The position numbers and the translations under genes are program-made. Below are positions 53,657-62,217 of a stretch of DNA of 64,000 bases, piece by piece. Every line of letters starts with the position of its first letter. Position 1 is the stretch's first letter. The notes beneath the pieces were generated by a model. That model saw nothing but the letters and a program-made list of their open reading frames with translations, had not been told where the DNA came from and searched no databases. The stretch lies in NCBI GenBank assembly GCA_016218765.1, contig JACRCZ010000048.1, forward strand, positions 40,779-104,778, in the 5' to 3' direction. The DNA is from Deltaproteobacteria bacterium. GTDB lineage: Bacteria; Myxococcota_A; Polyangia; DRWM01; JAAZOP01.

Positions 53657-56082
53657 CCGATGATCTCGCACTGGACGCCGGAGAGGAGGCCGACGTTGTT
53701 GGCTTCGAGGCACTCGTCCTCGCCGGCGTCGGGGTCGGCGACGACGTAGACGTCGATCGGGGCGGAGCCCAGCGTGGCGTCGCAGGAGACGAGGGCGCAG
53801 GCTCCGACCTCGATCGTGGTGGCGACCGTCGCCCGGCACAGCTCGGTACCGTCGACGCTCCCGGTGCGAAAGCTGACGACGGTGCCGGCGCCGACGGGGA
53901 GGAGGCCGCGGTTGCAGACGCGGGCCTGGAGGGTGCCGACGCCGCTGGTGCAGGGGAGGCGGACGGGTCCGGCATCTCCCGAGGACGTGAGGTCCGGGAC
54001 GCCGAGTGCATCCAGCTCGCCCTGGACGTTCTGGCGGAAGTTGTTCAGCTCGGGGTCGCGCCAGTTCAGCGCGACGGCGGAGCTGCGGGGGAGCTCGCCG
54101 CGGTTGCCGACATGGGTGACGGCGTAGGCGTGCTGGCTCCAGACGGGACGGGAGGCGGCCCAGCGGTCCAGGACGTCGCGCAGGACGACGATGCCGTGGT
54201 TGACGGCGAAGGAGGCGGCGGGGAAGAGCGGATCGGCCGCGGGGCAGCCGAGGGATCCGGCGTAGTCGTTGACGGCGGAGACGATCTCGGCGTGGAAGTC
54301 GCCGTCCACGTCCACGATCACGGGGTTCTCGTAGGTGGTGCCGGAGGAGCGAGCGGCGCTGAAGACGACGGTCCCGGTCGAGCCGTCGTAGATGCGCAGG
54401 AAACACTCGTCGGCGTAGACGGCCTCGGCGCTGCCGTTGGCGTCGAAGTCGAAGACGGACGAGCCGGTGACGTTGGAGGAGAGGTCCTGGGACGGCTGGG
54501 TCCAGAGGATGCCGTCGGTGCGGCCGGAGGCGCAGGTGCCGATGGCGCCCGAGGGGGTGCAGTCGAGGTCGAAGACGACGTAGTTGGCGCCGCCGGCCGA
54601 GGCGAACTCGCGGCGGCCGTCGCCGTCGAAGTCGGCGATGGTGGGCAGGCCGCCGCTGCCGCCGCCCGGGAGCGCGACCGGTCCGAAGACGACGGCTCCC
54701 TCGATCGTCTGGACCCGGGCCTGCCCGGAGGAGACGACGGCGACCTCGGCGCGGTCCGCATCGCCGAACGAGGCGAGGGGGAAGACGCCGAAGTCGGCGA
54801 CGGCGACCTGTCCCGCGGCGAGGCTGCCGGGAACGAAGTAGGGCTCCGCGACGAGGTCGCCGGCGGTGGAGTCCCACGCGTACAGCGCGTTGCCGTAGAC
54901 CAGCTCCATCGTGCCGTCGTCGTCGACGTCGGCGACGACGGGGACGACGCCGCGGTGGTAGGCGGGGTAGCCGAAGGTGCTCGATCGGATGCAGCCGTCG
55001 GCGGAGTAGACGGTGGCACCGTAGATGATCTCGGGAGCGCCGTCGTCGTCGAGGTCGTGGAGCGACGGGCCGTTCCACTGGTCGGAGCCGCCGGTGGTGT
55101 CGGGGGTGCGCCCGCCGGAGGCGTCGCAGGTTGCGGAGCGCCACCAGCGGGCGAACGTCGCGGTGGTCTCGTCGTAGCGGAAGGCGACGAGGCCGCCGCC
55201 GTGGGCGGCGGCGACGATCTCGGCGCGGCCGTCGGCGTCGATGTCGCCGAGGGCGACGGAGGCGGGGGCCATGGTGGCGTCCTCGGCGGCGGGGAAGCTC
55301 CACTGCTGGCTGCAATCGCTGCCGTCGATGACGCGCAGGACGCCGGGGTTGCGGTAGGAGCCGGAGGTGGGGAACGGGGTGAAGACGATGGACGGGGCGA
55401 GGGTGGCGGGGTCGTCGTCGAAGTCGAAGTCGACGACGACGGGGGTGCTCATGACGTGGACCCAGTCCGGCGAGGCGTCGCCGGCCGGCGGGCCGGTCCA
55501 GCGGCACTGCACGTCGGGGACGATGGTCTCGATGTCGATGGGCCGGGAGCAGTCATCGTCGAACTGGTGGTCCGGGGGGACGCCGTAGGGCACGCAGAAA
55601 CCCGCTTCGCACCAGGAATCGGACCAGCAATCGTCGCCGGTGGTGCACTCGCCCAGGTCGGCGATGCAGGCATTCTCGCGGCAGCGCTCGAGCCCGTCGG
55701 TGCAGCAGGCGGATGCGCAGGCGGTGGTCCCGGTGGGGCAGGAGGAGTCGGGCGCGTCGGCGTCCGCGTCCGCGTCGGAGATGATGTCCGATTCGGCGAC
55801 GTCGACGTCCGTCGCGGTGTCACCGCCGTCCTCCGCGATCGAGTCGGCGGCGGCATCGAGGGCACGGCAGGCGCCGTCGATGCAGAGGAGTCCCGGGGGG
55901 CAATCGTCCTGGTTCTCGCAGGACTGGAGGGAGGGGGAGGAGGAGCTGCAGGAGAGGGAGAGGAGGAGGAGGGCGCAGAGAAAAAGGGAAACCACAGATG
56001 GACACAGATGAACACAGATGGGGGGGAGGGAGGGGGAAGAAGCCACCGCTGGACACCGATGGGCACCGATGGGGGGGCGCAT
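53653..56082 (-). CDS. Exported FG-GAP/VCBS-repeat (integrin-alpha-like beta-propeller) protein
   Basis: DxDxDG-type repeats ADVDDDGTMELVYG, ADFDGDGRREFASA, FDFDANGSAEAVYA and VDVDGDFHAEIVSA are present. The ATG at 56082 lies within the decamer repeats. An alternative GTG at 55995 gives the signal peptide MVSLFLCALLLLSLSC. Confidence 0.6.
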   Translation of the reverse strand: MRPPIGAHRCPAVASSPSLPPICVHLCPSVVSLFLCALLLLSLSCSSSSPSLQSCENQDDCPPGLLCIDGACRALDAAADSIAEDGGDTATDVDVAESDIISDADADADAPDSSCPTGTTACASACCTDGLERCRENACIADLGECTTGDDCWSDSWCEAGFCVPYGVPPDHQFDDDCSRPIDIETIVPDVQCRWTGPPAGDASPDWVHVMSTPVVVDFDFDDDPATLAPSIVFTPFPTSGSYRNPGVLRVIDGSDCSQQWSFPAAEDATMAPASVALGDIDADGRAEIVAAAHGGGLVAFRYDETTATFARWWRSATCDASGGRTPDTTGGSDQWNGPSLHDLDDDGAPEIIYGATVYSADGCIRSSTFGYPAYHRGVVPVVADVDDDGTMELVYGNALYAWDSTAGDLVAEPYFVPGSLAAGQVAVADFGVFPLASFGDADRAEVAVVSSGQARVQTIEGAVVFGPVALPGGGSGGLPTIADFDGDGRREFASAGGANYVVFDLDCTPSGAIGTCASGRTDGILWTQPSQDLSSNVTGSSVFDFDANGSAEAVYADECFLRIYDGSTGTVVFSAARSSGTTYENPVIVDVDGDFHAEIVSAVNDYAGSLGCPAADPLFPAASFAVNHGIVVLRDVLDRWAASRPVWSQHAYAVTHVGNRGELPRSSAVALNWRDPELNNFRQNVQGELDALGVPDLTSSGDAGPVRLPCTSGVGTLQARVCNRGLLPVGAGTVVSFRTGSVDGTELCRATVATTIEVGACALVSCDATLGSAPIDVYVVADPDAGEDECLEANNVGLLSGVQCEIIG
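55993..56077 (+). repeat. Decamer tandem repeats in a divergent intergenic region (three CACAGATG[GR]N units, a G-tract, then two CACCGATGGG units)
   Basis: The sequence is CACAGATGGA CACAGATGAA CACAGATGGG GGGGAGGGAGGGGGAAGAAGCCACCGCTGGA CACCGATGGG CACCGATGGG. Confidence 0.7.
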
Positions 56083-56168
56083 GGGGACCTCCTTCTCGGG
56101 CCGAGCCCGTGGGGAGAGTATAGCGGGGGAGGCGCGGGCGCGGTACCATGACGGGCGGAGGATGGGTG

Positions 56169-57677
56169 ATGGAATCGCACGCTCGCGCGTTCGTGTGGTG
56201 TTCCGATCGCAGATCAGGGGTCTGGGGGCGGGTGCTCGCGGCCCTCGCGGTGCTCGGCCTGCTCGGCGGGGGGCTGGCGGGCGGCGGCTGCGACGATGGT
56301 CCGGCGGGCGCCGGGGCGAGCCGGTATCTGCGGCTGGCGCCGGACGTGACGGTGGCCGGGGTCTCGGTGTTCCAGTCCGTCGAGGTGCCGTTGTGGGCCG
56401 ACGGGGAGGAGCGGACGGAGCTGGCCGCGGTCGTGGCGGACGGGAAGGCGGCGACGATCGTGGTGCGGCTGGAGCCGGGCCCGGAGTTCGACGGCCGGCT
56501 GGTCACGGTGGCGCTGGCGGTCGACCTCGGGGCGGGAATGCGCTGGCAGGAGACGTCGCTGGTGCCGGACGGGGCGTCGTCCTACGATCGTCCGGAGTCG
56601 CTGGCGGAGTTCGAGCTGACGGCGGAGCAGGTGACGGGAGCGTTGTCGATCGCGGTGGCAGTGCTGGATCCGGTCGCGCCGTCGGTGCCGGTGGGGACGC
56701 CGCACGCGGCGCGGTATCCCGCGGACGGCTCGACGCGCGCGGTGGAGCTGCGGAGCGCGCGCGACCCGGCGCGTCTGGTGCTGATCCCGATCCGCTACGC
56801 GCGGGACGGGAACGAGTACTTCCCCGACATGAGCGCCGAGCAGATCGAGCTGTACCGGGAGACGCTGCTGGCGGCGTATCCGGCGGTGGCGTGGGACATC
56901 GCGATCCACGAGGAGGTGTACTGGGACCGGCCGCCGAGCTGGAGCGGGTTCAACTTCGGGGCGCTCAACGCGTACATCTCGGACTTGAAGGCGGCGGAGG
57001 ACGACATTCCGCAGAGCCACTACTACTCGCTGGTATCGCCGGACGACTCGTTCGCGGCCTACTGCACGCCGATGTGCGTGGCGGGGGAGAGCTACCTGGT
57101 GACGGAGCCGTCGGCGTCGAACGTGCGGGTGGGCGCGGGGCTGGGATTCACGGGCGCGGAGTCGGCGTGGACGATGGTGCACGAGCTGGGCCACGTCTTC
57201 GGGCGCGGGCATTCGGGCTGCAGCGTGCCGCGGGACGACCGTGCGTTCCCGCATGCCGGAGGCGTGATCGGGGTGTGGGGCCGGGATCCGCGGGACGGCC
57301 GGTACTGGCCGCCCGGGACGGCGGACTTCATGGGCTACTGCACGCCGCCGTGGGTCTCGGACTACACATGGAACCGGCTCTTCGACCGGCTGGTGGATCT
57401 GGCGGCGCTGGGGGCGAAGGCGGCGGGGGACCGCTATCACACGCTGCACGTCGACTTCGAGGAGGGCGTGGCCGCGTGGGGGGCGGAGACGCGCGCCGAG
57501 CGACTGGATCGCGCCGAGCGCATCGCGGCGCGCTTCGCGGGGGCGGAGCCCGGACTGCCGGCCGAGCTGCCGATCCTCTGGCAGAGCGACTTCCGGCACG
57601 CATCGATCCTGGTGCCGGCCGAGCGCGCGGCGGAGCTGCGGAGCGTGGCGGGGATCGCGGCGGTGCCGGTGCCGTAG
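56169..57677 (+). CDS. Exported metzincin-like zinc metallopeptidase lipoprotein
   Basis: HELGHVFGRGH fits HExxHxxGxxH. The signal/lipobox is VLAALAVLGLLGGGLAGGGC. GGAGGA lies 9 nt upstream of the ATG. Confidence 0.65.
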   Translation: MESHARAFVWCSDRRSGVWGRVLAALAVLGLLGGGLAGGGCDDGPAGAGASRYLRLAPDVTVAGVSVFQSVEVPLWADGEERTELAAVVADGKAATIVVRLEPGPEFDGRLVTVALAVDLGAGMRWQETSLVPDGASSYDRPESLAEFELTAEQVTGALSIAVAVLDPVAPSVPVGTPHAARYPADGSTRAVELRSARDPARLVLIPIRYARDGNEYFPDMSAEQIELYRETLLAAYPAVAWDIAIHEEVYWDRPPSWSGFNFGALNAYISDLKAAEDDIPQSHYYSLVSPDDSFAAYCTPMCVAGESYLVTEPSASNVRVGAGLGFTGAESAWTMVHELGHVFGRGHSGCSVPRDDRAFPHAGGVIGVWGRDPRDGRYWPPGTADFMGYCTPPWVSDYTWNRLFDRLVDLAALGAKAAGDRYHTLHVDFEEGVAAWGAETRAERLDRAERIAARFAGAEPGLPAELPILWQSDFRHASILVPAERAAELRSVAGIAAVPVP

Positions 57678-57796
57678 GGGGCAGACGGGGCGGGAGTTTC
57701 GCGCAGAGGCGCAGGGAAGCAGAGGCGCAGAGCAGCACAGGGGCGGGACAGGGACGAACTTGCGCGGCGAGCGGGCCGCGGTACCATGGCGGGGCG

Positions 57797-59257
57797 ATGT
57801 CGAGGGTGACGATGCGTACTGCGTGGGTCGTGTTTGCGCTCCTTCTCCACCTGGCCGGGTGTTCGGGCGGGGGGAGCGGAGGGGGGAGCGACGACGGGGG
57901 CGACATCGAGTTGGAGGCGGGGCCGGACGAGGGAGCCGTCGACGTCGGAGACGGGGACGGGAGGGAGGACGAGGGCGGGGAGGCGCGGGACGAGGGCGGG
58001 GAGGACGCCGCGGCGGAGGACGGGGAGGAGTGCACGCGGACGACGGATCCGCTGAGCCTGTGGCGGGAGCGTCCGGAGCTGAACCTGGTCGGCTCGGGGC
58101 CGCTGACGCGGCTGGGGACGCTGGACGGGCCGTGCGTGGTCGACGGGTACCGGGTGGTGGCGGCGACGGGGATGGTGTTGCGGTTCGAGGCCACGACGGA
58201 GGCGGCGGGGATGGTGACGGCGCGGCTGGCGCTGTACGACGCACGGGCCTTCGGGGGCGGGGCGGTGGCGCCGCTGGCCGACGCGGTGGGCGCGCCGGGT
58301 TTCACGGCGACGCTGGACGCGACGATCCCGGCGGGCGGGGAGTACCTGCTCCTGGTGCACGACCTGGATTTGCACGACGCGGGGTCGTACGCGCTTTCGG
58401 CGAGCTGCCGGGCCGGCTGCGGCCGGAAGGCGACGCGGTTCCCGCTGGTGCTGCTGCATGGTTTCGGCGGCTGGGACACGATCCTCGGGTCGCTGGAGTA
58501 CTTCTACGGCATCGAGGACGAGCTGGAGGGCCAGGGGTACGACGTGTACGTGCCCACGAGCGACGCGGTGAACGACACGCCGACGCGGGCGCGGCAGTAC
58601 GCGGCGCAGCTCGACGAGATCCTGGCATCGACGCACGCGCGCAAGGTCGATTTCATCACGCACAGCCAGGGGGGGCTGGACGCGCGGTACATCGTCTCGA
58701 CGCTGGGCTACGGGGATCGGGTGGGCGCGATCGTGATGATCTCGACGCCGAACGACGGGACGCTGGTGGCGGACGCCTTGTTGGGGGACCTGCCGGTCAG
58801 CACGGCGGTGCTTTCGGCGTTGTTCGACGCGTGGGGTGCGATCCTGGGCGGTTCGGAGGCGGACACGCGGGCGGCGTTCGGGCAGCTCCGGACGAGCGTG
58901 ATCCGGGAGGAGTTCAACCCGTCGAACCCGGACGACCCGCGGGTCGTGTACTGGTCGTGGGCCGGGCAGAGCTGCGGCGTGCTGGACTTCTCCTGCCAGG
59001 CGGCGAGCTCGGGGGAGGTCGTCGACCCGCTGCTGATCCCGAGCTACGAGTTCCTGGTGGGGGACGAGCCCGGGCACGGGCCGAACGACGGGCTGGTGCC
59101 GGTGGCGTCGGCGCGTTGGGGGACGTTCCAGGATACGATTCCGGGCGACCATTGGGACGAGATCGGGCAGCTCGCGGATTCGGGGCCGGGCGGCCCGTTC
59201 GACCACCTGGCGTTCTACGCGGACATCGCGGCGCGGCTGTGTGCGGCGGGGCTGTGA
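57797..59257 (+). CDS. Secreted alpha/beta-hydrolase lipase/esterase lipoprotein
   Basis: The lipobox is LLLHLAGC. An acidic linker follows. The nucleophile elbow is ITHSQGG (GxSxG). The start could alternatively be the ATG at 57812. Confidence 0.7.
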   Translation: MSRVTMRTAWVVFALLLHLAGCSGGGSGGGSDDGGDIELEAGPDEGAVDVGDGDGREDEGGEARDEGGEDAAAEDGEECTRTTDPLSLWRERPELNLVGSGPLTRLGTLDGPCVVDGYRVVAATGMVLRFEATTEAAGMVTARLALYDARAFGGGAVAPLADAVGAPGFTATLDATIPAGGEYLLLVHDLDLHDAGSYALSASCRAGCGRKATRFPLVLLHGFGGWDTILGSLEYFYGIEDELEGQGYDVYVPTSDAVNDTPTRARQYAAQLDEILASTHARKVDFITHSQGGLDARYIVSTLGYGDRVGAIVMISTPNDGTLVADALLGDLPVSTAVLSALFDAWGAILGGSEADTRAAFGQLRTSVIREEFNPSNPDDPRVVYWSWAGQSCGVLDFSCQAASSGEVVDPLLIPSYEFLVGDEPGHGPNDGLVPVASARWGTFQDTIPGDHWDEIGQLADSGPGGPFDHLAFYADIAARLCAAGL

Positions 59258-59274
59258 GGGGGGAAGAAGAAAAC

Positions 59275-59304
59275 CACAGATGGACACCGATGGACACAGA
59301 TAGG
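59275..59304 (+). repeat. Decamer tandem repeats, three units, overlapping the FGE-family gene start
   Basis: The sequence is CACAGATGGA CACCGATGGA CACAGATAGG. It is preceded by an A-rich tract (GGGGGAAGAAGAAAAC) and followed by GGGGGAAGGGAAGAGGGGGGAGGG. Confidence 0.7.
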
Positions 59305-60255
59305 GGGAAGGGAAGAGGGGGGAGGGACCGGGCAGTGGCGCGCGTGGCGGTGGTGTCGGTGGGGATCGGACTGGGGTTTGCCGCGTGCAGCGTGTTGACG
59401 GATTTCTCGCCGATCGATGGGGGGGAGGAGGGAGGGACGGACGAGGGGGGGGTGGAGGACGTCGGGGGCGAGGGGGGGATGTGGTGCCACGAGGGGCCGG
59501 ATCCATGTCCGGCGGGGACGAGCTACGTGCCGTGCGGGCCGGTGTTGCTGGGCAGCGACACGGGGGAAGGGGACGGCGACGAGGAGCCGGAGCACGTGGT
59601 CGACGTGTCGGCGTACTGCATGGACACGGACGAGGTGACGAACGGGGGTTTTGCGGAGTGTGTCGCGGCCGGGGGTTGCACGGCGCCGCACGCGGACGGC
59701 TCGGCGACGCGGGCGTCGTACTATTCGCATCCGAGCTACGCGGCGTATCCGGTGATCGCGGTCGACCGCGACCAGGCGGAGGCGTACTGCCGTTGGGTGG
59801 GGAAGCGGCTGCCGACGGAGGCGGAGTGGGAGAAGGCGGCGCGCGGGGGATGCGAGATTGCGGCGCCGTCGGGCTGCGGGTCGGAGGACGAGAGGACGTA
59901 CCCGTGGGGCGAGGACGAGCCGACGTGCACGTTGGCGAACTTCGCGGGGTGCGCGGGGGACACGGACCGGGGCGGGGCGCGTCCCGCGGGTGCCAGTCCG
60001 TACGGGGTGCGGGACCTGGCGGGCAACGTGCAGGAGTGGGTGGCGGACTGGTACGCGGCGACGATCTACACGGCGTGCGGCGCGGGCGGCTGCGTCGACC
60101 CCGGGGGGCCGCCGACGGGCACGGAGCGGGTCTTTCGCGGGGGCGCGTGGGAGTCCGCGGTCGCGTACCTGCGCAACGCCAACCGTTTCCGGCAGGTTCC
60201 CGGGTATTCGGACGAACATCTGGGCTTCCGCTGCGTGGCGCCGGTGCGCCCCTAG
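59290..60255 (+). CDS. Formylglycine-generating-enzyme (FGE-sulfatase) family lipoprotein
   Basis: The C-terminal motifs RLPTEAEWEKAARGG, RVFRGGAWES and GFRCV are FGE-sulfatase hallmarks. The ATG lies inside the decamer repeat. Confidence 0.7.
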   Translation: MDTDRGKGRGGRDRAVARVAVVSVGIGLGFAACSVLTDFSPIDGGEEGGTDEGGVEDVGGEGGMWCHEGPDPCPAGTSYVPCGPVLLGSDTGEGDGDEEPEHVVDVSAYCMDTDEVTNGGFAECVAAGGCTAPHADGSATRASYYSHPSYAAYPVIAVDRDQAEAYCRWVGKRLPTEAEWEKAARGGCEIAAPSGCGSEDERTYPWGEDEPTCTLANFAGCAGDTDRGGARPAGASPYGVRDLAGNVQEWVADWYAATIYTACGAGGCVDPGGPPTGTERVFRGGAWESAVAYLRNANRFRQVPGYSDEHLGFRCVAPVRP

Positions 60256-61304
60256 CGGAATTCGATTTCCGCCAGCACGGGGAGGTGGTCGGAGAGGGGG
60301 CCGGCTTCGCGCACGACTCGGGCGGAGATGCGGCGCGTATCCGGGGAGAACCAGACATAGTCGAGGCGCCGATTGGGGACGTCGGCGGGGAAGGTGAAGG
60401 AGTCGACGTCCGGGGTCTCGGGCGGGAGGGCTTCCTGCAGGCCGAGGGTGCGGACGGTGGCGATGGTGCGATCGGTGGTCATGTCGGTTTCGAGCTCGTC
60501 GGGGAAGCGGGCGCGGAGGACGGCTTCGGGCGGGATGGCGTTGAAGTCGCCGAGCACGAGGCGTGGGCGGTCGGGGAGGGAGCGGACGCGGCTGACGAGG
60601 AGGTCGGCGTGGCGCTCGCGGTTGCGCTGGTGGAAGGCCTCGAGGTGGACGTTGAGGACGTCGAGAGTGATGCCTCCGCCGACGGACAGCTCGACGTGCT
60701 GCAGGGCGCGGTGGAGATAGAAGGCGTTGTACCAGAAGGGGTTCTCGTCGGGTTGCGGGAGGAGGTGCCGGACGTTGGAGGCGATGGGGAAGCGGGAGAG
60801 GACGGCCTGGCCGGAGCGCATGCGGCCGTAGTGCTGGGACGGGGGCCAGTAGGGGAAGGGGATGTAGCGGCAGTTCCAGGTTTCGACGCGTGCGGCCCAG
60901 GGGTAGCCGGCTTCGCGGGCCAGCCAAGCGACTTCATCGATGCCGTGGGTGCGTGCGGCGCCGAAATCGACTTCCTGGAGGGCGACGACGTCGGCGTCGA
61001 GGGTACGGAGGAGGTGGGCGATGCCGACGAGGTTGCGGCGGATGGTGGCTTCGTCGCGCAGGTCGCCGGCGTCGTCCTTGCGGCCGCGGGCGTAGGCGAT
61101 GTTCCAGGAGACGACGCGGATGCGGGAGGCGCGGGCGACGGGCGGGGTGAAGGAGCGGTGGCCGCCGTAGCGTTCCGGGGGGACGGGGAGGGGATCGGTG
61201 TCGTCGAAGCCGGAGGAGCCCCAGAGGTAGAAGACGGCGAAGGCCACGATCAGGCCTCCGAGGCCGAGGCCCGCGACGCGCAGGGTGCGCAGGGCGAGCC
61301 GCAC
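60252..61304 (-). CDS. Endonuclease/exonuclease/phosphatase (EEP) family protein
   Basis: EEP motifs VVSWNI, LQEVD, GDFN and SDHLPV are present. There is an N-terminal TM/signal. Confidence 0.75.
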   Translation of the reverse strand: MRLALRTLRVAGLGLGGLIVAFAVFYLWGSSGFDDTDPLPVPPERYGGHRSFTPPVARASRIRVVSWNIAYARGRKDDAGDLRDEATIRRNLVGIAHLLRTLDADVVALQEVDFGAARTHGIDEVAWLAREAGYPWAARVETWNCRYIPFPYWPPSQHYGRMRSGQAVLSRFPIASNVRHLLPQPDENPFWYNAFYLHRALQHVELSVGGGITLDVLNVHLEAFHQRNRERHADLLVSRVRSLPDRPRLVLGDFNAIPPEAVLRARFPDELETDMTTDRTIATVRTLGLQEALPPETPDVDSFTFPADVPNRRLDYVWFSPDTRRISARVVREAGPLSDHLPVLAEIEFR

Positions 61305-61320
61305 GGAGCTGCTCCCGGCC

Positions 61321-62079
61321 TCACTGTTCGAAGAACATGGGGACGCGGCGTTTGAGGAAGGTCTCGATGGCGCGGCGGTCGTCGTCGCGGAGGTTGATGA
61401 ACTTGAGGCCCATGCCCGGCGTGATGTCGGGGGTCTTGGGGTCGTAGTCGCGGACCCAGGAGACGCGGCCCTTGGCGGTGATCTGCCGGCCGCCGGGCAG
61501 CTCGAAGGTGAACAGGACCTTGGCGCCGATGGGCTTGACGTCGAAGGTGGCGACGAAGAGGCCGCCTTCGTCGAGGTTCTGGGTGAAGCCGCAGTAGAAC
61601 TGGGTTTCGCTGTCGAGGGTGAGCTGCTGGAGGACGTTCCAGTTGATGGTGCGGGCGGGGACGTGGGTACCGGCGAAGGCGCCCGGGGTGGCGTTGGCGA
61701 GGGAGGCGCGCTGTTCGGCCGGGAGCTGGGAGACGCGCTGCTTCTCCTCCTGGAAGCGTTTCTTGGCGTCCTGGACGATGGGGTAGAGCATGGCGAGGCA
61801 CTTGGCCACGGCGCTGGCGGCGACCTGGGTGGCGGCGCCGCCGCCCTGGACGTCCTGGAAGATCTGGAGCGCCTGGGCCAGGTGTTCCATGGCGCCCTTC
61901 AGGATGCCGCCGCATTCGAAGCTGTCGGGCGGTTCCTTGGTGGCCTGGAAGAGGAGTCCTTGCGCCTTGGCCAGGACCTGGGTGAGCCGGCCGAGCTGGG
62001 ACTCGAGCGCGGGGTCTCCCTGGGTCGCTTCGAGCGCCTGCATCAGGTACTCTCGTGCCGTCTGAGCAGGATGGGTCAT
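61321..62079 (-). CDS. PilZ-domain protein (putative c-di-GMP effector)
   Basis: The C-terminal region carries a PilZ-like core (ITAKGRVSWV...GMGLKFINL). The start is an internal Met of ORF 61321..63966. Confidence 0.5.
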   Translation of the reverse strand: MTHPAQTAREYLMQALEATQGDPALESQLGRLTQVLAKAQGLLFQATKEPPDSFECGGILKGAMEHLAQALQIFQDVQGGGAATQVAASAVAKCLAMLYPIVQDAKKRFQEEKQRVSQLPAEQRASLANATPGAFAGTHVPARTINWNVLQQLTLDSETQFYCGFTQNLDEGGLFVATFDVKPIGAKVLFTFELPGGRQITAKGRVSWVRDYDPKTPDITPGMGLKFINLRDDDRRAIETFLKRRVPMFFEQ

Positions 62080-62217
62080 GGCGGGAAGGCTACAACAGGG
62101 AGGAGGCGGCAGACAAGGGTGGATGCGTCCGAAATGGGAATGCAGCCTTGACCACGGGTCCCGGGAGCGGGTAGCGGTGCGGCGGGAGGGGGGAGGGGCG
62201 GGAAGGCGGTTTGGGCG

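Noticed and set aside
52653-55507. ORF 52653..54011(-) and the upstream 600 residues of ORF 52739..55507(-)
   Set aside because: The sequence is Arg/Pro-rich nonsense. It overlaps the FG-GAP gene in another frame. Only the C-terminal 305 aa downstream of an internal Met were kept.
56018-59257. The single 1079-aa plus-strand ORF 56018..59257
   Set aside because: It fuses two separate lipoprotein genes (56169..57677, in another frame, and 57797..59257) through an intergenic repeat region. Both real genes have their own RBS and signal peptides.
16912-59304. Short tandem repeats considered as possible CRISPR arrays
   Set aside because: The units are only 7-10 bp and are directly abutting with no spacers, so this is not CRISPR architecture.
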